Position numbers and translations under genes: made by a program
In this document: piece by piece, positions 49,332 through 60,710 of the stretch
Position numbering within the stretch: the first letter of the stretch is position 1
How the letters are laid out: each line of letters begins with the position of its first letter
The notes under the pieces: model-generated
Seen by the model: the letters and a program-made list of their open reading frames with translations, nothing else
The model's database searches: none
What the model was told of the DNA's origin: nothing
Source of the DNA: Macrostomum lignano
Lineage: Eukaryota
DNA: 64,000 bases
NCBI GenBank assembly: GCA_002269645.1
Contig: NIVC01000027.1
Span: 868,001 to 932,000 of the forward strand
Reading direction: 5' to 3'

Positions 49332-49955
49332 CAGGTAAGAATCGCCTCAGTACTCAGGTGATAATTGCCCTAGTAATCAGGTGAGAACCGCCCCAGTAAT
49401 CAGGTGAGAACCGCCCCAGTAATCAGGTGAGAACCGCCCCAGTAATCAGGTGAGAACCGCCCCAGTAATCAGGTGAGAACCGCCCCAGTAATCAGGTGAG
49501 AACCGCCCCAGTAATCAGGTGAGAATCACCCTAATACTCAGGTGAGAATCGCCCCAGTACTCAGGTGAGAACAGCCCCAGTAATCAGGTGAGAATCGCCC
49601 CAGTACTCAGGTGAGAATCGCCCCAGTACTCAGGTGAGAACAGCCCCAGTAATCAGGTGAGAATCGCCCCAGCACTCAGGTGAGAATCGCCCCAGTACTC
49701 AGGTGAGAATCACCTCAGCACTCAGATGAGAATTGCTCTAGTAATCAGGTGAGAATCACCTCAGCACTCAGGTGAGAATCGCCCTAGTACTCAGGTGAGA
49801 ATCACCTCAGCACTCAGGTGAGAATCGCCCTAGTACTCAGGTGAGAATCACCTCAGCACTCAGGTGAGAATCGCCCTAGTACTCAGGTGAGAATCACCTC
49901 AGCACTCAGGTGAGAATCGCCCTAGTAATCACGTGAGAATCGCCCCAGTACTCAT
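49332..49955. repeat. 23-bp CAGGTGAGAATCGCCCCAGTA(A/C)T minisatellite, about 27 copies
   Basis: Direct; the first unit reads CTCAG|GTAAGA. Confidence 0.95.
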
Positions 49956-50399
49956 ATGAAGAAAAAAAATTCCGATGAAAAAGAATTTTTAATTTTCCTA
50001 AATCGCGAAGTTGATATTTGTGCAATTGCAAAGGCAACCCAGCTCTGACTGCACTCTCCATTCCAGATTCCGTGACTCTAGTTCGCCATGAAGCTCAGTC
50101 AGCTGTCTTCTGGAAGGAAGCAAGGCAAAAGGAGGGACAAAGCAATGTAGCGGGGCAGAAGAGAATGAGGCGGGAGTGAATAATGCATGCATAGGTGCAG
50201 TCCAGTGTTGGAAGACTCCGCCGCCCACCCCACAAGTTAAATAAGCCATCAATGCTAGTCTGAAAGGTTCGTCCTCCATGATGCTTTGAAAAGTTCTTAT
50301 TTTAGAAAGTGTGTTCATTAGAAATTTTAGTTGAATAAAATATGCTGAGCGTTAAATACTGCCCATACTACTCAGAGGAGTAGCTTTGAACTCTTTGTC

Positions 50400-52072
50400 G
50401 ATCTAAATGCAATCTGGTCACTTCAAAAGCAATCACGTCACTCTAAATGCAATCACGTCACTCTAAATGCAATCACGTCACTCTAAATGCAATCACGTCA
50501 CTCTAAATGCAATCAGTTCACTCTAAATACAATCAGTTCACTCTAAATACAATCAGTTCACTCTAAATACAATCAGTTCACTTTAAATACAATCAGTTAA
50601 CTCTAAATGCAATCAGGTCACTCTAAATGCAATCAGTTCACTCTAAATACAATCAGTTCACTTTAAATACAATCAGTTAACTCTAAATGCAATCAGGTCA
50701 CTCTAAATGCAATCAGTTCACTCTAAATACAATCAGTTCACTTTAAATGCAATCAGTTCACTCTAAATGCAATCAGTTCACTCTAAATGCAATCAGGTCA
50801 CTCTAAATACAATCAGTTCACTCTAAATACAATCAGTTCACTTTAAATGCAATCAGTTCACTCTAAATGCAATCAGGTCACTCTAAATGCAATCAGTTCA
50901 CTCTAAATACAATCAGTTCACTTTAAATACAATCAGTTAACTCTAAATGCAATCAGGTCACTCTAAATGCAATCAGTTCACTCTAAATACAATCAGTTCA
51001 CTTTAAATGCAATCAGTTCACTCTAAATGCAATCAGGTCACTCTAAATACGATCAGTTCACTCTAAATGCAATCAGGTCACTCTAAATGCAATCAGGTCA
51101 CTCTAAATGCAATCAGTTCACTCTAAATGCAATCAGGTCACTCTAAATGCAATCAGGTCACTCTAAATGCAATCAGGTCACTCTAAATGCAGTCAGGTCA
51201 CTTCAAATGCAATCAGGTCACTCTAAATGCAATCAGGTCACTCTAAATGCAATCAGGTCACTCTAAATGCAATCAGGTCACTCTAAATGCAATCAGGTCA
51301 CTCTAAATGCAGTAAGGTCACTTCAAATGCAATCAGGTCACTCTAAATGCAATCAGGTCACTCTAAATGCAATCAGTTCACTCTAAATACAATCAGTTCA
51401 CTTTAAATGCAATCAGGTCACTCTAAATGCAATCAGGTCACTCTAAATGCAATCAGGTCAATCTAAATGTAATCAGGTCACTCTAAATGCAATCAGGTCA
51501 CTCTAAATGCAATCAGGTCACTCTAAATGCAATCAGGTCACTCTAAATGCAATCATGTCACTCTAAATGCAATCACGTCACTCTAAATGCAATCAAGTCA
51601 CTCAAAATGCAATCAGGTCACTCTAAATGCAATCACGTCACTCTAAAAATGATCACGTCGCTCTAAATGCAATCAAGTCACTCAAAATGCAATCAGGTCA
51701 CTCTAAATGCAATCACGTCACTCAAATATGATCAAGCCACTCTAAATACAATCACGTCACTCAAATATGATCAAGTCACTCTAAATGCAATCAGGTCACT
51801 CTAAATGCAATCAGGTCACTCTAAATGCAATCAGGTCACTCTAAATGCAATCAGGTCACTCTAAATGCAATCAGGTCACTCTAAATGCAATCACGTCACT
51901 CTAAAAATGATCACGTCGCTCTAAATGCAATCAGGTCACTCTAAATGCAATCACGTCACTCTAAAAATGATCACGTCGCTCTAAATGCAATCAGGTCACT
52001 CTAAATGCAATCACGTCACTCTAAAAATGATCACGTCACTCTAAAAATGATCACGTCGCTCTAAATGCAATC
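50400..52072. repeat. 20-bp TCACTCTAAATGCAATCAG(G/T) minisatellite, about 83 copies
   Basis: Direct. Confidence 0.96.
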
Positions 52073-52724
52073 GCGCGGGCGCAAAGACTTACATGCATCA
52101 TTAAATAAAAGGAATGCTCGCACTGAACACTACTTTAAGTAGTAGACTAACACAAGTCAAAAGTATCCGTTCTCATAAATAGTGCCGTGTTTTCTTTATA
52201 AGCTTCAGAATATAATAGACTGCTAGTAGCTAATACAAGTCAAAACTTCTTTTAAAGCTGAGACTCAGGCTGGTGCTTGCAATCATTCTGCGTGCAAAAG
52301 CCCTCGCCTGTACATTATTAATGAGTTACTGATGCGTATTAAGCAATGCCGTATTAATGAAGCAGCAGAACTGAGGGCAGTCAGCTTTCAAGCTAAGCAA
52401 TAGCTTGAACACACATGAATTCCAAAAAGAGATGTTTGCCCAGCTCTCCAACAATGCACGCAAAAACTTGCTCAAAGAAATTCCCGAGCGCCCGCTTGCT
52501 AATTAGGAATTTTCAGACCAACCGTTGGGAGAGATGGAGCGACGAGAATAAAGCCAGCTTCTAAACTGCTTGGCAACGCGTGGGTTGAAAACTGAGGAGA
52601 GAGGATGCAAACGGCTATACTTTAGGAGCCCCACTCAGGGACGAGCGCCATTGCAGAAGACCTCGCCTTTGGCCTCAGCAGCAACCAAAAATTGCAACAA
52701 TCTTCCGAGTAGCTCTTGTCTGCA

Positions 52725-55700
52725 ATGAAATTGAACTCAAAGCAGTCCGAGCTGCTGCAGCTGCTTCTGTGCCAGCTGCTCATGGGTGAGTCTGAACGTA
52801 CATGTAAATAGTGCCGCCTTGGTGGAGACACTTGTGATTATTGTGCACAAAATGCATCGCACTCACTACTCACTGAAAACCATTGCAGCTGTGAGCTACG
52901 CTGGCGTCATCGACAGCAGCTATGATCAGGTGACCAGCGGCTCAGTCGATATTGGAAGCTATGTCAGCAGCGGGCTGCTCAATGCGACCGGCCTGCACAC
53001 GAACTCGCACTGCCTGATGAAGTGCTGGGCGACGTCCTGCGCTGTCGCGATCGTCAAGGAAGCCGCGATCCTCGAATGCCGGATGCTCGTCATCAACACT
53101 GCGAGCGAGCCGGGCCTGAGCAACGGCAGCTTCATTGCTAGGGAGATTCGGCTTGAGGACGGGGCGCAGATCTGGAAGGCTCGCGACTTTGAGCAGCAGG
53201 TGCTCAGAGGCACCGACAGCGGCCGCCTACTCGGTGAGTTTTGGAAAATTACTAATGAAGTCTCATCGAATCTTATGAAAAGAAACCAACCAACAACCAG
53301 TGAAGCAAAGTTCTTGACTTGGTGTTCAACGGCGTCGTTACTGAAAACATCATGTACTAAGATGTAAACTCGACGTGGTAAAATGTTTAGCCAGCGTTGA
53401 ACTGGCTACGAGCCTTTTAATTTTCTTTGTATTATTATCAAGGCTGCCTATTTATTGTTAGCTCGCCTCTTATGTTTTCTGAACTTTCCATGCTTTTGAA
53501 ACGAGCGCACTTAACTTTTCTGTAATTGTTGTTAGGACTGTACCGCTTAAATTTGGTTTTCTTATGCTTGTCGTAGTCTACAGCCTTATAAACGTAATAG
53601 CCACGTTCGTACTAAACGGTTTCGAGCAAACTTGTCATACTTTATTAATTCGTAGGTCCCCAATGAACTGGAAACACGGGGGCATTCAATCCAGGTTATA
53701 TCCTGAGCCTGTGCTTGAGACTCGTTGGGGTGCTCGCGTTTCGTGTCCGCGATTAGGAACGCCGATATTTTCTCGGGGGGTGGATTAAATAAGCAGAAAA
53801 ATTACAGAACAAAGACGCCACAAGTACTGGCTTGGTCGTCATCGAGCCTCTTAAAGCGGCGACCCTGAGACCAGCCACCCTTTTTTACCATATAAGAAAG
53901 GTTTCGTGGGAAAGGACAACGGGCAGCCTGTCTCCTGTTCAGGACGGTGAACCCGATTAAAGCGACGAATTTCAAACTCCATCTGTTTTATCTGCTTGTC
54001 TAGCAGCTTCTAAACGCAGATGAATTGAGGTATAAGAGCGTAGAATAGAAACCAACCCCAAACATCCGTTCCGCAGAGTACCTGGCTCCTAGAAACGTGA
54101 CTCACAAGCGGGTCCACATTCCCAACAATTCGGTCAAGATCTTCGCCGCCTTCCTTCAGCACCAGCCGGCTGTCTCATCGCTCATTGGCTGCGTTGACAA
54201 GTGCAGCGAGTTGCTGGCGTGTCGCGGGATTGTGTTCAACTCCAGCAACTGCTCTTTGCTCACCGACTACCCGCTGTGCCGCTGGTTCGAGCAGCCTCCG
54301 AACAGCTCTGAGCTGACCGTCTATGTGAGTGATGGGAAAGCACTTTTTGCGTCACGTTAGTGCTGAGTAAAGCGTGTCTGCATTGGTGACGAAGATACCG
54401 GTTATTTTCAAGTTAGTTTTCGTGCCAGCGATTAGTTTATCTGCAACGGAGCAGCTTGGGTGTTCGCGCATGTGTCTCTTGCGCCACCGACTTCTGGTTT
54501 GATTCCGAGTGTGGCCGCATTAAGTTGCCCAGGGCTTGCTCAAAAAACTTAGCTGTGTGGTCTTTTCTATAACTCGCATCGATGAGAACCAACGCCTAGT
54601 AGGTTACATGCTTGACGCTTAGAAATTCAACGCCTCTGAGTGGACGTGTGTTTGAGTGCGTTTCTGTGTGCATGTGTATCTGTGTATCTGTGTATCCTGT
54701 ATTGTACAGGATACTGCATCAGCGCTGTTGGTCGATGTCACCGACAGTCCACGACGGTTTCTATGACAAAAAATATTTTAATGTTTTCACGAAATCGCTA
54801 ATCCAGGAGTTCTACACTGTGGGCACTCGGCAGTGCTTCGAGACCGTCAACCTGCGAGTGTCGGACGCGTTAAACTTCGACCGGCTCTGGGCCGAGTACA
54901 AGACCGGCTTCGGCACTTATCACAGCAACTACTTTGCTGGTAAGATGATCCGGTATTGCTTCAGATCCTTACTGCTGGAATTTTGGTCAGTTGGTCTGGG
55001 GCTACTGTTTTTTGAATAATAATAAGCTACAGCTGGAAGACAGGAGCCCAGAAGTTGGTACCCTTCTGGTGAGACCCACCGGAAGTTCGGGGATCCTAGG
55101 CTGGGAACATGTGTTCTGCACTTTAAGGATGGTCTCTTTACCCATGAGCTGGATCAAGTGTTCGCTACCTCCTGTGTTCGCTTTATTAAAGGCTCTCGTT
55201 GGCTGCTTTGCTGTACCCTGCTTGAGGGGAGGTTTTTGTACCTGCGCTCATTGAGACCGCAGTTCCGGCATTGGGTCAGTGCGGTGCACCCGCGGCAGAG
55301 AGCCCATCTGGGGCTGATTTGCTCCCGCACAAAGAAACGCCACTAGCCGCACGGTTTTATTCCCTCGGGTCCCAAACTGTTTTCTAATTCTATGGAATCT
55401 TTGGTTAATTCCTGGCGCAAATACTTAAGAAGAAAGAGGATATAACACTTTGTAGCCTTTAGCTTAAGCGTATTATAGCGGTTCTTTTGCTCCGCTTGCA
55501 ATTACGATAGATTCATTCTTTATTGACCTAGTCTAGCCTCTCAAAGCTACAGTTACCGCAAATGCCTTAATTGAAGATGCCATGCTACTTGGAGTAAACA
55601 AAGCGGGAGCATCAGCTCAATACAAATAAAGTAAAGCTCTAAGCGTCCCACCGAATTCTGCATACCAACTACCAAATCTACATATATATCTACTAACAGC

Positions 55701-56414
55701 AATCCCCTTTCTTCTCTTTCTATCGTACCTGTTCCCATCAAGGGCTACTTAATCAAGTCTTAATAAATGATGCTTGATTCGTCTTTAATTCCCGAATCCC
55801 TGAATCAGTAATTTTAGCTAAAAGTAGGTGCTATTTCAGTCAAACCCATGCCTCATCAAACTACTGGTTAGAACATTAAGACAAAACAGCAAGCTCCATC
55901 ATTTGAAAGGGTTGAGGAAATTTCTCAGCTCGTACCTTCAAATCTCAAAACGCCAGGCCTGGAGTGGCTGCACAACCGGACCAGCGCTCAGCCCAACAAC
56001 AACCGGTTCCGCGTCGACCTGCTGTACTGGAACGACACCTACATCTACGCCTACTACCTGAACTTGCTCATTCTGGCCGAGAGCACCAACTACACGGTGT
56101 CTAACTCTACATACGCACCTGCTGGTGGCCTTGGAAACTGTCTGTTCCAAGGCTTGAACAGGCCGTTCCTCACTCGAGATCGCGGATGGGGCAACTGCGG
56201 TCACAACTGTGCTGTTACATACGAGCAGCCTCACTGGCACGGTTGCTGCCACTACTCCGGTCCGTTCGGCAAGTACTTCAACTACCCGACGGCGCTGAAT
56301 GTGCCAGCTGCAGACCGAGCCAAGGGCATCGCCTGGGCTTGCAATGCTCCGAAGAACATCACTGATGGGTTCTTCTACAGTTTCAAGCAGCTGGAGATTC
56401 TCATGCTCACCTGA
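52725..56414 (+). CDS. Secreted PAN/Apple-like + fibrinogen C-terminal protein, copy C. Exons 52725-52785, 52889-53233, 54077-54324, 54807-54939, 55957-56414; 414 aa
   Basis: Near-identical to copy A (offset 16080 at exon 1). Intact splice sites, open frame of 1245 nt. Confidence 0.85.
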
Positions 56415-57759
56415 ATTCTTTAAGCCACATCGGTCAACCGGCAGCCGGTTTTTCGCGGGTCGCAAAGATTTTATTTTTTTCGATTTCATTTTTCTTGGAT
56501 AACTTTCTGGATGTCCTTCAGTCCCGAATTCCGTCTGTTTGCTTTTTCTGCTTCTATACTTTTTCTACTTTGGTGTCACTTTTCAGCTGCAGCTGTTTTT
56601 AAATTCTGGCCAATTATTTTGGCTATTGCTTGTTTACCACCTGTCTAGCTTACTCTTTACAAAAATGATTTTCAGTGCCATCTGTTTGAATCCTAGTACC
56701 TGTATTTTTATGTTCTATCCTGTCGTCATTCAGCTTTTTGTATAACTGCCTTTTATATAATCCATTCCTATTCAGGAACAGTCGCATGGTAATTCATAGT
56801 TACAAGCCGTACGTAAATTCGTAGACATCAAAGTGTGATTCAGCTTCTCAAACTTCTGTTCTGTCTGAGTCCATGCGCCCATGCTGCAGCTGAGGACTTC
56901 AGTTTGTCCCTGAGTTCGCGGTCTCAATGGCCGCTATTACCTTGGTTTTTGTGCTCGTCCCGTACATGCTTTTTTCTGTGTCAATAGAGTCAAACTGACA
57001 GCTTTGCGAAACTACTTGTCTATTGGCTGTCGGTATGCCGAGATTTTCAGGTGCCTTTCTCGAAATTATATAATGATTATTTCCTATTGGGCCCTTTATT
57101 CAAAGTCTTACACATATTCTGCACCAAATTGATATTTTTAAATATACTTTGAACAGTCACTGAAGTCTGCACTTCAAGTCACTGCCTAATAACTCTCTGG
57201 CACATGTAGCGGCAAATTCATATAATACTAGCTTAGACTTTAATCAGCGTTGAACCCAAAACACGCACACACCCGCTGTGTGGTACCATTTCTCATTCAA
57301 GATTTTTTCTACTTACCTTAAGTACACAAGCGCACTGAGAGAGAAAACTGAAGCGGTGGGGCAGACTATTAAACCCGAAGCAAAGTATTCACATAGTACG
57401 GGTAACTGGAAAAGGTCAGCAGATCCTTTGTCACTAAACAGTAGGTTTTGTTTTAATCTATTGCCTTATTATATAAGGTATGATATGGACCAACCTGCCT
57501 ACTATAGTGTCTTGGCTGTCAATAAAAAAAGTTATAGAAGAATGAACGTTGCTGAAAAGTGGGTAAATTTACATTACACTGATGTTCAACCGACTTACGA
57601 TGTCGCTATTCGTCGAAAGACGCCGGCCAACGCAGATTGCAGAGTGCAGTAATGCTTTTAAATTGACTAATCAAAGTAGTCTGTACAAATCGCGAATAAA
57701 AATGATGGCTTCAGCACCAAGCAGGGGCTTTAGCTCCACGGGAGCTTTGGCGCCAGGGC

Positions 57760-58185
57760 CTTTAGCACCAGGGGCGCCAGCACCAGGGGCGCCAGCACCT
57801 AGGGCGCCAGCACCAGGGGCGCCAGCACCAAGGGCGCCAGCACCAGGGGCGCCAGCACCAGGGCGCCAGCACCAGGGGCGCCAGCACCAGGGGCGCCAGC
57901 ACCAGGGGCTTTAGCACCAGGGGCTTTAGCACCAGGGGCGCCAGCACCAGGGGCGCCAGCACCAGGGGCTTTAGCACCAGGGGCTTTAGCACCAGGGGCT
58001 TTAGCACCAGGGGCTTTAGCACCAGGGGCTTTAGCACCAGGGGCTTTAGCACCAGGGGCGCCAGTACCAGGGGCTTTAGCACCAGGGGCGCCAGCACCAG
58101 GGGCGCCAGCACCAGGGGCGCCAGCACCAGGGGCGCCAGCACCAGGGGCGCCAGCACCAGGGGCGCCAGCACCAGGGGCGCCTTT
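57760..58185. repeat. 15-bp GC-rich repeat (GGCGCCAGCACCAGG / GGCTTTAGCACCAGG), about 28 copies
   Basis: Direct. Confidence 0.94.
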
Positions 58186-58732
58186 AAATAGCTTTTTAAG
58201 CATTTCATGTAACGCGGTTTCCGAGCTTTATCCGTGGCTACTTGACACGCATTAGAATGTAAAACAACAGAGCAATATTAATTCGAGCTAACCTATTTAG
58301 GGCCAGAAATTAGATTTTTTTATATATCTTTTTGCGGTTCATTTGATAATCAATTTAGAATTTACTTGAAAAATGTGTAACTCTTTAAATGCAAAATAAA
58401 GAATTGACATCTGATTTTTGACACACAGGGCCTCAAGCACAGAGTTTGAATCGACATAGGCATTTACCGCTGTCAATGTTTTGCATACTGTAAGCGCGCT
58501 GTCTGTACTTTACTTGCTTGACTCAGCTACAGGGGGTTCCGGGCATCCGGATGCAGTGGGGAGGCGTTGACGCCCATTCCATTCACCCCTGGCGACCCCA
58601 GGCAGCTGGTGCTGCGGTGTCACGCATGGAGATCCATTGCAGCCGGTGTCCGCAGCGGGGTCCGCCAGATTTAGTTGAGCTGTTCAGCTGAAAGGGCTCT
58701 GAGCGATACATTATTCAGCCTAGTGGGTATGT

Positions 58733-59005
58733 ATGTTCCATGGCGTGAACAGGCAGTTCATCACCCGAGATCGCGGATGGATCGACTGCCAACACAACTG
58801 TGCAGTTCGATACGCTCAGCCTCACTGGCACAAGTGCTGTCACAGCTCAGGTCCCTTTTGCAAGTACTTCAACTACCCGACGGCGCTGAATGTGCCTGTT
58901 GTAGACCGAGCCAAGGGCATTGTTTGGGCTGCAAATGCTCCAAAGAACATCACTGATGGATGGTACTACAGCTTCAAGCAGCTGGTGATTCTCATGCTCA
59001 CATGA
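58733..59005 (+). pseudogene. Orphan 3' half of a PAN-FReD last exon (fragment D)
   Basis: FHGVNRQFITRDRGWIDCQHNCAVRY...FKQLVILMLT*. No upstream exons or acceptor found. Confidence 0.85.
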
Positions 59006-60710
59006 TCTCTTTAGACCACATCGGTTTGATCATTTTGATGTCGCTATTCTGGCTTTCCCTTGCTGTATGCTCGTCTGTCCGAGTTCTGTCTGTTTTTTCT
59101 GCTTCTATACTTCTTCTGTTCTGCTGCCACATCTCAGTTTCAGAGCATTTTTAACAATTCTGGTCAATCATTTGGTCTATCACTTGCGTATTGTCTGTCT
59201 AGCTCTTACCCTTGATGAAAATATGATTACAATTTTTTGTTCCAGTGCCTTCTATTTGAATCGGTACCTGTGTTTTATACTCTTATTGTGGCTTCACGAG
59301 GGATCATCTACCACTGACATTTTCCATTATCCATTTTATGTTGGCATGGTGGTATGGTAATTCGTAGTTACCAGTTTCGTAGACACCCAAGTGTGACTCA
59401 GCTTCTTAAACTTTTATTCTGTCTGAGTCCATGCGGGTCCCTGCTGCAGCTGAGGACTCCAGTCTGCCCCTAAGTCCCCGGACTTAATGACCGCTATTAT
59501 CCCGAATGTACATGTGCTCTTTCCGTACATGCTTGTTTCTGTGTGTCAATAAAGTCAGCCTGACAGCATCACGAAACTAATTAACTAATTGCTGTCGGCA
59601 TATTTTCAGGTACCTTACTCAAAAGTTCCTCTAAAATATTGAATTGGTTATATATGATTTTGACAGCTCTGATGTCATTCACAATGATTCTTTCTACTTT
59701 TCTACTTTCCACACAGTTCCAGACATTTTCTCGTCAACTTTTTATCCCTAAATATACGACTTTGAGTAATCACTGAGGTCTGCTGTTTTCTATGCACTGT
59801 CTGATCGCTCTCTGAACATTTTTCATCGTAGTCAACTTTATTCTGTTTTTTAACCAGACCTGAAAGCGATGGATTATCCGTCACCCATAACTGAATATTC
59901 TTCATTGTCGCCTCACTTGGGTCCGAAAGATCAACGCGGGCCTGGAGGTTCTGCAGAAGAGATTAACAAATGCTGGGTTCAGCTTGCATTGGACAATGGC
60001 TGCTTGGTGTGGCCGTTGTCACGACTAAACAAGTTCTCAGCTTATTCACAAAAGCTACTTCAAATTTATTTCTCTATGAATAATGAGCTGTAATACTACT
60101 CGTAAAAGGTAGGAGAGGTCAAAGCGAGTACAAACCATAAAGAAGCTTCTTTAATTTGCTTCAACGTTAAGTCACTGCATTCAGATTCGTAAAACTGCCG
60201 GTAATATTGTGCGCGGAAAAACTCTGCTGCATGGTTATTGACAACCTCACTCTCGCCGTCTGTTTGATGAAGGCTTGCTGAGGACAGGTGCTGGGCGTTC
60301 GGCGATATACATGTAGGAACAGATAAGAGAAAACGGCTGTCGGGCATGCAATTATTCTCACGAAACAACGAAATAAATACACAAAAACGACTTTTATTAA
60401 AACGCAAGAAACAGATGCCTATCCGAGCAGAGTCTATCATTTACACGCGTGGAAAAATTCCCACAGACTACAACTGCTGGTGAGGAATTTGCTGAGCCGC
60501 TTCAGTGATACCGGAGATAGGCTCGAAGAAAAGCAGCTGCGAAAAGAAGAAAAAATGCTTTGCAGTCACTCAGGAACAGACGGATTGAGAATTCCAAACA
60601 GAAGCAGAGGGAATTTCACTATTTAGAAGCCTCATCCAGAGCAGAGAAACCCTTTGCTAGCAACATCAGTCTGCAAATACAAAAATCTTGCCTAGCAACT
60701 CCTGCATGCA

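Noticed and set aside
57582-58208. Collagen/elastin-like GAPGA or PLVLA ORFs
   Set aside because: Products of a 15-bp repeat open in several frames on both strands; no splice or signal context.
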